Shown here: positions 1 to 13,195 of the stretch, piece by piece
How the letters are laid out: each line of letters opens with the position of its first letter
Position numbering within the stretch: position 1 is the stretch's first letter
Source: Microthyrium microscopicum
Lineage: Eukaryota
DNA: 64,000 nucleotides
Direction: 5' to 3'
Assembly (NCBI GenBank): GCA_010405405.1
Contig: MU004231.1
Span: 3,832,884-3,896,883, forward strand
Made by a program: the position numbers and the translations under genes
The notes under the pieces: model-generated
Database searches by the model: none
Seen by the model: the letters and a program-made list of their open reading frames with translations, nothing else
What the model was told of the DNA's origin: nothing

Positions 1-628
1 AAGCGTTTGAGCATCCCTTTGGAGAGGTTCGCGTGCCGTTTGACAGTACGTGTTTCCTCCACAAACATGACACGGCCTTTTTTCTCTTTCGGCTTTTTCT
101 GTGAGCGGTCCTTGACTGTCTCGCCTCGTTTCGATGAGAAATTATGCCCTGAGAGTTCTGAATCCAGCGCAAGCGTTGTATTCGAAGGTGGTCGTGGTGA
201 ACCTCCGTCTGAAAGAGGAGGAGGAGGCGGCGGAGGCGGCGGAGGCGGTGGTGTCGGTCCTGAATTTGGGGGAGGTGGTTGAGGCGAATTAGGTGATGGA
301 GGTAGGGTAATCTCAATGTTTATATCCGTACGGTCCGAGATAGGAGGATTTTGGGACGGCATGGGCATATCAGGACTGGGCGCAGGGTGCCGTCGATGCC
401 CCGTCTCTTGTTGAGGCGCCATAGGAGAAGGAAGACTGTAGACCAACTATCAGAGACAGGGTTCAAGTGGATGCCATGATGTCTCACAAGCGCTGCCTTA
501 GGGGTGAAGTTGTACTGGCCATCAAGGTAGTACTGTTTTATTGACGATAAGATGAAAATACTCAGGAGTTCGTCAAAGGGTACCCTAGAGTATCCTGGGA
601 AAGCCTGAGCCGCAATGGCGAGGCCCAA
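1..628 (-). CDS. Partial proline-rich hypothetical protein that runs off the window start; 5' end uncertain
   Basis: A minus-strand frame is open from about 446 to position 1 (LVYSLPSPMAPQQETG...TLPPSPNSPQPPPPNSGPTPPPPPPPPPPPPLSDGGS...KKPKEKKGRVMF...). A GTGAGA...CTGATAG intron at about 488-447 joins it in frame to the 320..628 ORF (…YYLDGQYNFTPKAAL). Confidence 0.5.
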
Positions 629-1908
629 GGTGAGAGGATGACAGCTGGCAGGGTCAAGATATCCTGGACGTTGACTCGGAGTATATCTAGTGGCATAGGT
701 CGAAATGATGAAGCAACGAGTGTAGTTGCAGCTTGAGGGTCAAGGAGGGAGTCAAGAGTGTAGATCCACAAGATCCACAAGTCGCCTCGCTTTAGAAGAG
801 CCTAATTTGGCTCCCGCTACTGGGGCCCGTTGTAGTGCAGACTGGCGTTTGAGCCATGGCCCATAATGCAGCGTGGATCCACTCATCTTTGGGCTGTTTT
901 TAGGCCCTATATTAACCCTGCACCAATGAAAGTGTTTGTATTTTAGTCGCTCCACCTGCATGAAAGACCCCCTAGAGTCCCCACGCGGCTCCTTGAGAAT
1001 TACCAAGGTTTTCGAAGCACGGCTGCCTCTATCGTAGTGTTCTTGAGTTTGTGCCATATTCAGGTGTAAAGATAAATCCTTTAGAAAGAAGTTTTGTGCG
1101 CCTCCCAATCCTACAAGTCGGTCAATCAAGTAGAGCTGCAATTTGCTTCGCCGTTGATCATGCGGCTGAGAGGCACCTAGTGATTCCGCTCGCCTCACCT
1201 TTTACCCAGGTCCGAATGAAGTATGATAGGGGAAAGCGTGAAGCTTGGGCATTAAGGATACAAACCTTAAACCCTCCACATAATGGCCATTCATCCATTA
1301 AGATGTTAAGCGTCTCTAGAGGTGTACTTGGAGGAAAAGCGATGGATAAATAAACCATTTGGGCATGGCAATAGCTGAAGCTCAAAGGGAAGCTTCCTCA
1401 CCTTTACTTCATACCTTGCCACTGGTTCGTCGACTCGTTGACATACAATGGCGAAATCGCTTCCGCAATCATGGATAGAGGCGAACAAAATCCAATTAGG
1501 GGATCGATAAGTTTGAATACTCATACCTCTTGAAGATGCGGCAAAGAACTACCCATTTGGAATATTGAACAAGTTGCTCGCTGGCTTTCATCCTTATCCA
1601 ACCAGAAAACAGGCATTCAACAAAACCATTCACAAAACCAGGGTCCATTCACTGGAGCCTACTTCGAGGTGTATATTGGGAACCTTGCTGTCTTGCTTGT
1701 GACCACCATCTCAAGATCAGCCCCAGAGAGTAGTCCCGTCGACACTAGACAATGTACAAGGCCCAGCCTCCAGGATTACCTCCATATTGGTATTTTTCTT
1801 GAAAGCCATGCAAGCTCAGCTAACCAAAAAGAAAAAACTGAATTGATGAGATACCTGCGACAAAATTTCCCTATTGAACCTCATGCTTCGAGGCCCACTT
1901 TTACGCTA

Positions 1909-2395
1909 CTCATCGGTCAAGGACACGATCACCCCAGGTGATCGGGGACAGCTCAGTGCTAAGGACAGCTCAACGCTATCTTTTGATAATATAGGCTCGC
2001 ACGGGCCATAAAGTTATAAATCCTTATTATAAATATATTAATATCTTCTTCTCTATATAATAGAATAAGCTAAGATTCTAAATATAGGCTACTAGATATA
2101 TAAACTATATAATACTAAGTTTTTAGAGAATTCTAATAGAAGCTTATTAAGTAAGTTAGACTTTTATAAAATTCTCCTTAAAGAAACTTTAGAAAAACGT
2201 TAATAACTTAGCTATCTATAGCTCTATAAGTATAAAACTTCTTAAGGACATATATATAAGGGTACTCTATAGCTCCACTAAGTTTTAATAAATAATATAT
2301 AGTTTTAAATAAGTTATAGCAAAAATAGCGTTGAGCTGTCCTTAGCACTGAGCTGTCCCCGATCACCTGGGGTGATCGTGTCCTTGACCGATGAG
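1909..2395. mobile_element. 487-bp MITE / non-autonomous Tc1-mariner-type element with perfect 71-bp TIRs and TA target-site duplication
   Basis: 1909-1979 (CTCATCGGTCAAGGACACGATCACCCCAGGTGATCGGGGACAGCTCAGTGCTAAGGACAGCTCAACGCTAT) is the exact reverse complement of 2325-2395. TA flanks both ends (1907-1908, 2396-2397). The interior is very AT/TpA-rich and non-coding. Confidence 0.92.
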
Positions 2396-3378
2396 TAGAG
2401 GTGATTTGATAAAGCTGCATATCGCACCCGTTCGGTCGGGCGGATCTCTAGAGTCTTCCCCAGTAGAAAAGTAATATCACAAGCAATTTATGCTATTATC
2501 GACCGTGGAATGAAGTAGCAGGTGCCTGGACAGGCTATACCAACACTTCAAGTTCTCCGATACTCGTGTTTCGTAAACATGATATATCTTGAGCATCGAT
2601 TTGAGAGTCGCCAAATGCATCTCGTGAGGAAAATAAAGGAAATAAGTCAGTTGCTTCACATTGATGATCACTTCTACGAAGATCGTACGGGTGCGTGTCA
2701 AAAATCCCACTGCTGTTCTCGGTTGAAAGTCTGGCTGTGCGATATCTTCCGGGGGAGGTGCTTGGTCGCATGGTCTGGTACATGAGAAGAAAGTACTCTG
2801 CGCGGTATCCAACTTATACCCTGCTCTATCCATACCGACATCCTGGCCAAACACTACCCCTCATCGGACGGAAAGGTGTCAGCAGGCTCGTGGTATTTAG
2901 GTATGCAATCACCAATGTAACTTCTCAATTCAATTCAATTAGGAAAGTCCAGATTTGACTCCAAAAGCGAGATATAAACTACGGGGCAGTCCCATGCCTA
3001 CTAACCACTTCCACAGAGCAACCTTGTCTTCCAACGCTGTAGGATTCCAAAAGTCAAGTGCAATCTCCGTAGAAAGAATCAATCACTGGGGTGATATTGT
3101 AACACGCTCCAGCGTGACAATTCGGGTGATGGTCCAGGTACTTGTCTGGTACGGAGCTGCCCCTATGAGGCTCACAACAGCTAAAACTAGTACATATCTG
3201 CTTGGTTGGCCAGCTGGCAGACTAGGCTCGCCCCGCAGGTTAAATTCGGCCTACCACCCATCCTCTACGGTTTTGGCCGAGGGATAGTCATTCGCTCTGT
3301 TGTCATTCCCGCTGTTCTAGACATTAAGAGCTACTGTCCGGTGTCTGACGACACTTTCGCCTAGAGTCTGTTGTGACA

Positions 3379-5270
3379 ATGTCCGACTTCCCTGGCAAAT
3401 GGGAATATGACAAGGCACGACAGTCGTATTACTACTACTCGAGAAGGGAGAACGCCTATATCTACCAAGACAAAACTCGCATTCCTATAAATGCGACAGC
3501 TGCAGCTGCGTATGTAGAAGCTTCCCAGTCTCCGATTATATGCGCTAAAAGACCGTGTTTAAAGCGTCACTATTCCTACATTACACCCTGCTACTCCCCG
3601 ATCCGAGGCGCAAAAGACCCTTGACCGAAATGTAGTCAAGCAAGCTACTAAGGTGGACGATGATGACGATGAAGAAGATGATGATGAGGACGAAGAAGAC
3701 GATGATGAAGATGAAGACGACGATGACGAAGAGGACACTACTCCGCAGGGACAAAGTTCGCGCTCGACTTTGGAGCAGAAGTTCTCCGGCATGAAAATAA
3801 ATCAAAGTAAGCTGATGAACGATCCAATGAAAACTAGTCGATGCCGTGAGCTCACTGATATTAGACTTCCCTCAACAACATTCGCAATATCAGAGTCCTA
3901 ATGTCTCGTCGTACACCACTGCACACTCATATGGAGGTCAGCAGCAGCAACATCCCTATGGTGGCCAGCAGCAACAGCAACAGCATCCTTCTTATACCTA
4001 TGGCACCCAAACTGGATACGCAGCGCCAAGGGGTTACGTAGGCCAGCAAGTGCCAGCAATGCATGCAGGAATGGGAATTGCTGGATCACACCGACCTACA
4101 GTCGGCGGATTCCCAAATGAAATTAACCTTGGAAAGGATCCTGCTAGGGACACCGATCCATTTCTTTTACAGTTCGGATTGCCAGCTAGAGGACGTATTC
4201 GAGGCGCGGCTTCTCCCAAACCGCAACCACAATTGGATCCAGGTACCATTATAATTTGGTCCACTACCTCGCCATTCAGTCTAACGCGTTACAGGCTACA
4301 AAGTTCGAAAACCCGGGCATAAATTCTTCAAAACCGGAAAAGTATGTGCCAAACAATCAGTCTGATTGATACTCGCTAACTCATCCTAGGTCTTCAAGAT
4401 TCTTTGGCCTGAAATTGCAGGGCAAGCAAATAACAGCGTCACAATAACATCTGACAATCGCTTCGTGAATGAATCGATTGCGAGCCATATACGTTGGTTT
4501 GTTGTTGTACGCGAAGGGAAGGGCTACTGTTCTTGCTTGTAAGCATCATTTCATTCGCCTCCCGCCATCCTGAAAACTGATCAATTAGGCCGATCAATAC
4601 CTATAACCGAAAGGGTGTTGCCAAGACTGGTGTGCTCAAATGGCAGCATGCTATTGCATTTTCTCAGAAAGATGAGCCGAGGCCATTTCCCGACGAGATG
4701 CCAACTGAGCAAGGCGAACGACCAATGATGCCAGGTATTCGTGTTGTGCCCAAGAGCAGAACCGAGAAGCTCGACAGCCGGGCACGCATAGACTTTGGTC
4801 GAATTTACACTGTTGAGCACAACGTGAAAGTGTACGACTTTGGCAATGCCGACGAAGTGTTCGTTGCCAGACTTCTGGATCAGTGGGTTCATGTTATACA
4901 AACCGACCTCGATATTATACGACGTAGCTACCTCTCTTCAATGCCAGATTCAAATGCAGCATCAACTTTGGGGTATCCGGCCACGGGTGGGATGACGACA
5001 GGAGGAGGAGCCGGCCACACTCCAACTGTACAGGAGGAGGAAGAAGACGAGGAGGATGACGAGGAGGAGGAGGATGACGACGACGACGAGGATGATGAGG
5101 ACGACGATGATGAAGAGGAAGAGCCGACCACAACCTCGAGAAGATCCGCGGCCGAAAAGTCACGAAAGTCGAGCACTTCCAAGTCAAGATCGTCCAAAAC
5201 ACCAAGCTCATCAAAAACGTCTAAGAGTGACGCATCAAAGAAGAAGAAGAAGAAGCGAGGATTCTTCTAA
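3379..5270 (+). CDS. Multi-exon DUF6590-domain protein with acidic tracts, a Q/G/Y-rich segment and a basic C-terminus
   Basis: ATG at 3379 (MSDFPGKWEYDKARQSYYYY). Several short GT-AG introns. The C-terminal part has motifs typical of DUF6590: FFKTGKVFKILWPE, IRWFVVVREG, HAIAFS, ARIDFGRIYTVEHNVKVYDFG. Stop at 5270. Internal exon boundaries are approximate. Confidence 0.75.
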
Positions 5271-6215
5271 AAACTCGAGCCTTTCATATCTCAAACTCGA
5301 TCATCCCCGATTTACAGAAGATCTCAGTCATCATCTGAATGCAGCTCTTTTGGTACTCTCCCAGCACTACCAAGCATTTTTCCCATCAGCAGTTTTCCGC
5401 ATACAGTTTCAACCTCGAACTGTAAGAACTGCGCTGTTCTTCATCGTCTAATTTATACGCGATGGTGCCTGTGGCGCCCTCATGTGACACTTTCATCTGT
5501 GTTCCAACCTTATATCTGAACACATGATATTACGTATGCGGCCGACTTTGTCGAACCCGTGGATTCCGATCAATCATGTCTGTCAAAATTGCTTCTTCCA
5601 GCATGTTGAAGAGCGAGGCGTTTGGGATTTCTTTTGGTGAATTAGTATGTATCTAGGCATTTTGCTAGTTATGACCTGCTTTGGCATTGACGCGTATGTC
5701 TTATTGCATTGCATTGTTAACACATTCGCTGAGATATCCCCTATTGTTCCTTAGACTGCTTTCAGGTTGATGATCAATCAAACTTAATGGCCGCTTCACT
5801 TTCTCAATCAATGCAAACTCGTTCTGTATTTCCAGAAAATGTCCATTCCACTGTGAGAGTCTATTCTATGGGTGCTATTTTATCCTAGTACTTGACAAGT
5901 GAAGTGTGATCAAAAGAATATCATTTCAAATCAGACACATCATATTTGGCCCCGGGTTCCTCAGATGTGAATCCGGTATCACTTCTCACATGTCACACAG
6001 CGAAACAAATTGAACATAAGAGAATAATTTGATCGGTAACACAGATAATGCCTACCTTATTGAGGCATATTTCCCGTCCAATTCGCCAGTAGCCGATGAA
6101 GCTGATAGAATCTATAATTACAAGATGCTAATCCCTGTTCTTAGCGAAAAGAGGATATCATCACAACCGGTCCACCAAGTAATAATTCAATACCAATTAT
6201 AACGACTATGCAACC

Positions 6216-7387
6216 TCAAGACGAATCAATGCCATGCCTTGCGTTGAATCGATTCCAATAAGAATCCCTTCTGTCTGACCTTTGTGGTCGAATCTGCGAC
6301 CGGACCTCATATCCCTCGCCCGTCGGCCTCACCTGCGCTGTCGGACTGAAGAAACCGCTCGGTAGACTGTCTCCCCTCGCATCATCACGACTTATGCCCG
6401 CTTCACCACGGCTTATAGGAGAGGGCCCACTATCAACACTTGGTCCAGCCTGGCCTGCAACACCAGACGGCATACCCTTGCCAGCCCGCGCTTTTTTAGC
6501 AGCCCGTTTAGCCTCCTTGGCCCGCTGCTCATTATCTCGTTTCCTCTGCTTCTCTTCTTGTTCATACAATCGCTGTAGCGGTTGCGGTTGTCCACGACCA
6601 TGTCCGCCTCTATTGCGTCCACGCCGTTCCTCGCGCCTGCTGTATACTGGCACACCAGGCTTGTATGATCGCGGCGGTGATATAAGCTGCTTTTTCTCTG
6701 AGTCTACCACGCGAGGAGCAATTTCAGTGACAGAGATGCTGTGTTTGGCCCAAGGCCAGGAGAAGAAAGGTTGACGAGGAGAGGTCTGTTGAGACGAGCC
6801 TTTTGATTTGGGAGTGCGATTAGCCCGTCGGTGCCGTGTCCAGAGGAATATGAATAGGAGAATCAGCAGAACAGCGAAGATGGAGCCAAGAACGGGGCCA
6901 ATAATCAGTCCAAGACTCTGGGCGCTAGATTCGGTAGGAACGCCAGAAGCTACTGCGGGACTGGAGAGGCCGGATGTGGTGGAGTTTGGTGATCGTGTGG
7001 TGGACGTGTCAAAAGTTGTGCGGCTTGATGATATTGAATTGGAAACTCGCGACGTGGTTGAGGGTAGTGGTGCTGTGAGCCATGAGCCTGCTGAACTGTC
7101 TGCTGAACTAAATGGTCCAGTTGGCGTATCTGTGAGAGCCATTAGATTGGAATTGTTTGTCTTTTTCCAGAAAACTTACTGGTGGAGGAAATTGGGGTGA
7201 GAAATGACGGGCTGGCTGTGGTAAATGACGGCCAAGGTGACGTGACTGTCAGAGTAGTGTCCAAATCAATGGTACTCGTCACTGTCATTGTAATAGTGCG
7301 CACACAGGATTTATAGGTACTGCAGTATGGAGTGCCACTCCACCATTCTTGCTTGAGGGTTATGAAGACGGCAGTCCCATGATCCAT
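6216..7387 (-). CDS. Single-pass membrane protein with Ser/Thr-rich ectodomain (Mid2/Wsc-like topology), 2 exons
   Basis: ORF 7142..7387 splices in frame to ORF 6216..7142 through a GTAAGT...CTAAT...CACAG intron. A S/T-rich region precedes the TM segment GLIIGPVLGSIFAVLLILLFIFLW, followed by basic TRHRR and a charged cytoplasmic tail. Confidence 0.7.
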
Positions 7388-9097
7388 TAACTGTTAATGA
7401 GAAGAAAATTCTCTGGGAACGTGGTTTGCAAACGAAATTCACGGCCCGCAGATTGGCAGTAGAGTTGCATATAACGCAAGCTGTGACATTGACTGCTGTG
7501 ACTGATCGCAAGTTACACGAGCCACTCAGAAAATGCAGCTCAAAGAAACGCAGTATGCAAACGCAGGAAAGGTAACAAAGCAAAGGAGAATGAAGCGATC
7601 TGGAAAGCAAGCAAAGAGTGATTCTGGGACGAGCTATAGACAAACTGGTGATAGCAGTAGCTCACACGTGGGAAATGAAGTAAGTGTCGTAGGCGCCCTT
7701 GCTACATGTATAACATAGTTCAGTAGTCATAAGACCGTCAAAGCGATGCACTCTGGTACCGTGAAAGATCCCCCAAAAAGTAATGACTCGCCAGGAAGCT
7801 GGATTCGATAATCCATGATGGCCAGCTGCAATGCGAGATTCTAGCCTGTCAAAGCCCATGTGAAAATCGAAGAAGAGAAAGAGTAATAACCTGGGGGCGT
7901 TTCAAACGTGGCGACCATGGCGACATGCTTAAAGGCTTGCAATGCGAAGCTATACCCGATGATGATGACTAGGAAGCTGATTTGAGTTCCATAAGGTCTC
8001 AGCATTTCTGTAGACTCATCGTTGGCGGGATGAAAAAGCTCAAAAAGGATACAAGAACTGGCTTATATCCCTGTGATAATCCTTGGTCTAAACCATGTAG
8101 AGCAATGCCTCGCATACAACTAGGCAGGTGGATCACATCTTGATAGTTGTACTGCGCCGCCAAGAGCTAATTGTTGGACTTTGCGGCTATACCTGACGAT
8201 TGCAGTAGGTTGAGCAATCAACCCGTGGATAACAATAAATTTGTACCCGTCTCTGGGATGTGTAGTAGGATCATCCTATCTTGGTGTACACGTTAGTGAG
8301 CGAGATGTAAGCTTGCCCAGGATAAGTGCTGAAGCTGGCAGTTGACAACATGAAGCTTGGGCCAATTTAATATAAACTCGCAGATCCTTGATCGGGTACT
8401 AAATTAAGTTGATCTTAACAAGATGCCGTATCGGATCTAGTTTCTAGAGGCTCCAACGTTTCGAAGCTCCAGCCGTGGACATGCTTGATGGCAAGTGGTT
8501 GCCGTCCAACTGGACAGCGTATAACTATAGCAGTTAATGCTAGGTATCAGAAACGAAATACGATTGCCACATGCTTTTAGTCCCGCAATCCTGGCTGTAG
8601 TTTCCAGTTCAGCTTCATAGGAAAGAAAAGCCGGATTGTAGAGTCAAGGTCCCATAGAGATCAGAATAGACTGGTCGTGGGACACGCATGTACCAGTGAT
8701 GATGCTTGGGGGTATTTTTGACATAAAGTCAACGAAATCGCATCAGGGCCAGGTAATTCTGTCCGGTAGTTTCGGATTTACTATAAGACGGGGCAACTTG
8801 CCGCTGAGCCTGAATTTCTTGTTGTCGGTCCGATATCCAGACGGACCCAGCAAACACGACAATAGAACACACCGACGTGGTCCAGGATAAAGTACTCAAG
8901 CTTCTTGATGAGAGACTCATGTCTAGGACGAGCGTATACAAACAACATGAGCCACTGTATCACCAAAGAGACTTGGCAATAGAGTTGGATTTTGCAAACC
9001 TCTCGGTCATGCACTACTGCTGTTATGTTCCACGCTTGCTGCAGCGTGTTAGCCGAATCTCATCTTGAGCTGAACGTATCCGAGGAACAGATTGCTT

Positions 9098-10148
9098 CTA
9101 AGGCACAATCTTCTTTTTGAGAGGACTCGCCTCCGGACTTTCCGCCTTGCGTTTCTTGCCCCGTGCGCGGGATGGATCGATGGGTCGTGTTATTGATGTG
9201 ATTGGATCCAGGCGCGGTATATTCTGTGGAGATATTGGTGCGTGAATTACTTCGTCGGCCTCAAATGACTCTGGATGACGTTCCTTTGCGCCTCCATTCG
9301 CTGCCTGCGCTACCCAGGCTGCAAAGGGATCTTTCGCCTGCTCATCCTCTTCTCCACCATGAATATCATCAATGAGATCATCAAGCATCTCATCTGCATC
9401 CTCGTCTTGTGACATCATACTTGTTGCCAGTCGCAACAATGTAGCTTCATCAATCACAGAGCTGTCTAGGCCCTTGGATGACAGTTGAGCTTGAAGGGCC
9501 ATCTTCAATGCAAGCATCGTAACGGAGGGTTCGGAGCTATTTTGATCGGCTTTTGTCTCAGTGTCCATCTCTTGTAAATCGTCAGAATTGACAGCTTTGA
9601 TGATGGGTATTTCGCTTTTATCCAAGACGGCCCGCCAGTCTGGTAATACAGAGTACGCTTGCATTGCTTGGACATCTACAATTGGCTCATCTTTGTCCTT
9701 TGGCGTTGGCATGAACAATACAGGTGGCAGCATTGCAAGAGCTTTTGGATCAAGCTTTGCCTTCTTAGACGCCTTTGCTGCACCAAATGGCATCTTTCTC
9801 TTCTTGCTTGTCCCCTTTGCTCCTGCTCGAACGACCTTTCCTGTCTTGTCACCGATTTTCTTGCGCACGCGGCGGGGTTTGTCTTGAAAGCCATCTGAAT
9901 CGTAATCGATATCAAACCAGAAATCGAAGCGCGTCAGGTCGTCCCAGTCGTCATCGCCAGTGTAAATAGAGGGATCTGGTACAACCAGTTCGACGAGGTC
10001 ATCCTTTGTATTTCGTTAGTACACTGTCCATAATTGAGCTATAATCATCCAGCAAACCACTCACAGCTAAAGCGTATCCATCCTCAACCCAGAAGAAATT
10101 ATCTCCATCAGCCAGGAAAGTATCGCTATCGTATTCGTCGTCATCCAT
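9098..10148 (-). CDS. Hypothetical protein with acidic N-terminus and basic NLS-like clusters, 2 exons
   Basis: ATG at 10148 (MDDDEYDSDTFLADGDNFFWVEDGYALA). An intron near 10005-10065 (GTGAGT...CTAAC) leads into the long frame that contains ORF 9098..9868. C-terminus GKKRKA...LKKKIVP. Confidence 0.7.
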
Positions 10149-10840
10149 GGTAGCAGCAGGTTACTGGCGATGCGCAGATGGACGGAATAGCGTAGCAGCT
10201 ATAAGAAGCGACAGCACTCCTCGCGGCCTAAACTTGTCTGAGAACACGTCGGGCAACTGTTGGTTGCTTGGTGGGCAGCAGGCTAACAAGATGCTAAGGG
10301 ACAGAGGATTGCACAACTAGGAGTCGTGCTACGCATGACCGTATGCGGGTCGCTTATAATGATGATGGAGTTTTGCGTAGAAATAGAGGAGCTTCCAGAC
10401 TCTCACGTCAATTTGAACCCTAGATTAGAGAAACCCTGGAGGAGTAGCAGGCGGGAGGTGGTGGTGATGATGCATAGCGATTGCCTGGTTGGAAATTTGG
10501 AATACATTGAACGTGTCGAGGTCGAGGCTTCCTTAATAAACGCGGCCACGCAGCGTCTAAAATGCCTACTGATTTGATCAATAGATCTTCGCTATGTGCC
10601 ACCCAAAGCTACTTGCACTTTAGGTGGCTCTCGACCTACTGACCCACGTAATTGTGCATGGATGCGCATATGGAATGCCACGCGCTCGGCTACACGCGGC
10701 CCATAAATACAACTTGTACATTGACCATCGTGACAATCGCCGGTACATTGTACAAGTCACTGCTGCTTTTCTTGGAATTAGATCATAGAATCATGACCTT
10801 CTTCGTCAATTGATTGTATGGCCAACATACACTTCTCGTG

Positions 10841-13105
10841 ATGTATACCTTTCAGCGGCTTCGGCCAGCCGCCCGTAATTCCAAGCTCCTGTATCCCCTC
10901 CTCCAAGCCATTCGCAAGTCCTCTACTCAAGCAGGCGACATCAAGCCGCTCGCATCTTTACTCATAGCAAACCGGGGTGAAATAGCACTGTAAGCTGTCA
11001 AATTATGGGCTAGGGAGACTAGGTCGGCTGGATCTGACTGATATTTGCGCAGACGAGTTGGTCGAACAGCCTCCGAATACGGGATCCGAACCACTACCTT
11101 GTACACGAATCCAGACGCCCTTTCACAACATGCTCTATCTTCCCCCTTTTCAATCAATCTCGGCGACCCAAGTGCATATTTGGATGGAGACAGAATCATT
11201 GCCATTGCAAAAGAGCAAGGATGTGAAGCCATACATCCTGGATATGGCTTTCTCAGCGAAAATCCTGCATTTGCCCGGAAATGCGTCGAGGCTGGACTTG
11301 TATTCGTAGGCCCACCGTGGGAAGCTATTGAAGATATGGGTAGCAAGAGTCGGTCGAAAGAGATCATGACCTATGCTGGTGTACCTTGCATTCCTGGCTA
11401 CCATGGCCACATTCAGGATCCCGAATATCTCAAAGCTGAAGCTGCCAAAATTGGATATCCCGTTCTTTTGAAAGCCGTGAAAGGTGGAGGAGGAAAGGGC
11501 ATGAGAATTGTAAACACACCAGCCGAATTTCACCAGCAACTAGATTCGGCCAAGTCAGAAGCTCGAAATTCTTTTGGTGATGAAATAATGCTCGTTGAAA
11601 AGTACATTACCAAACCGCGACATATCGAAGTCCAAGTTTTTGCCGACAAACATGGTAACTGTGTCGCTCTCGGAGAGCGAGACTGCAGTATTCAAAGACG
11701 CCATCAAAAGATTCTCGAGGAGTCACCAGCACCACATCTGGAAGACAGTATTCGTAAGGATCTATGGGAAAAGGCACGAGCTGCTGCTTCAGCTGTGGGA
11801 TACGAAGGAGCTGGGACTGTCGAGTTCATTTTTGACAACGATACCAATGAGTTCTTCTTTATGGAAATGAACACTAGACTGCAAGTCGAGCATCCAGTCA
11901 CTGAGATGGTCACGGGTCAAGATCTTGTCAGATGGCAGCTGATAGTCGCCGAAGGAGGAAAGCTGCCTTTGACACAGGATCAGATTGAGGAAGAAATAGC
12001 TCAGCGAGGTCATGCAATCGAGGCGAGAATATATGCCGAGAATCCTGCTATGTAAGTTCAACTCCATGCAACTTGAACGACCCTAATAAGTTTGCAGGAA
12101 TTTTATTCCGGATTCAGGAAAGCTGCTCCATCTTCGCTTGCCCAAAGCATCCGATACAGTGCGAATTGACGCTGGATTCGTCGCTGGCGATGAAGTATCT
12201 TCGCATTACGATCCAATGATCGCCAAACTAATAGTTCGAGCACCAACTCGTCAAGCTGCTTTGAAGAAAATGACAGCAGCCCTCGAATCGTACGAAGTTG
12301 GCGGACCCATCACGAATATCGAATTTCTTAAAAAGGTATGCGTAAGCCCAGCATTCGTTGGCGGCGAGGTTGAGACAGGCTACATCAACAAATACCGAGA
12401 GGAACTTTTCGAACAAAAGCCTCCACCAAAAGAAGCTATAGCGCAGGTTGCGGTCGGGCTGCTCCTTCAAGAAAGAAATTCCGTTCAATCATTAGCTCCA
12501 AGTTGGGGACCTTTCTCAGCGCTAGGGGCTCATTTTCAAGAGCGTACTTATAACATTGTAGAACTGCCTGCAGATGTGCAACTGAAAACCGAGCCCATGA
12601 AGGTCACAATAAGAGAAGTATCTCCAGAAACTCTAGTGGTTACCGTCGACACAACAACATTCAATGTCTCAACCTCCGCATCCTCCCCCAAACAGTTCAC
12701 CACTTATTTCCCTCACACTCGGCTCGAAACTACCATGATTCGTGATGAAGATCGCATCACTATCTGGCAGCAGGGCCAACAGTATAAATTCAAACTTGTC
12801 ATGCCCAATTGGGTAGAGAAAGCGCTCGGAGTCAAGGACGAAGCTCACAGTGTTCTCGCACCAATGCCATGCAAAGTGCTACGAGTAGATGTTAAAGCCG
12901 GTGACGAAGTCAAGAAAGACCAAGTAGTCGCAGTGATTGAAAGCATGAAGATGGAGACTGTCATCAGAAGTCCAATTGACGGTATAATCTCGCGAGTAGT
13001 CCATGGGCCAGGTGTAAGTATCATATTCTCTCAAAATCTAGTTTATACTAATTTTTATAGGACATGTGCAAAGCCGGAACTGCCCTTGTCGAGTTCGAAG
13101 AATAA
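10841..13105 (+). CDS. mccA: 3-methylcrotonyl-CoA carboxylase biotin-containing alpha subunit (mitochondrial), 4 exons
   Basis: Basic transit peptide, then LLIANRGEIAL, IHPGYGFLSEN, KAVKGGGGKGMR, ERDCSIQRRHQK, EMNTRLQVEHPVTE, YDPMIAKL and the biotinyl motif ESMKM. Introns at about 10990-11052, 12052-12097 and 13014-13060. Ends DMCKAGTALVEFEE*. Confidence 0.9.
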
Positions 13106-13195
13106 GCGTTATACCAATATAAATTATCCTATCGAGACAGTATTTACCCTCCCGTTCCCAAGTCCTCTTTTTCCAAGTTTCATCGTGCCATACTA

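Noticed and set aside
7..282. Plus-strand poly-Gly ORF
   Set aside because: Antisense shadow of the minus-strand poly-Pro exon.
2208..2420. 70-aa ORF across the MITE end
   Set aside because: Spans a TIR and AT-rich degraded DNA; no transposase motifs.
3559..5214. Poly-Ser and hydrophobic minus-strand ORFs
   Set aside because: Antisense readings of the Asp/Glu codon tracts in the DUF6590 gene.
8696..9068. Short overlapping ORFs, possible gene relic
   Set aside because: No recognisable motif or consistent splice model.
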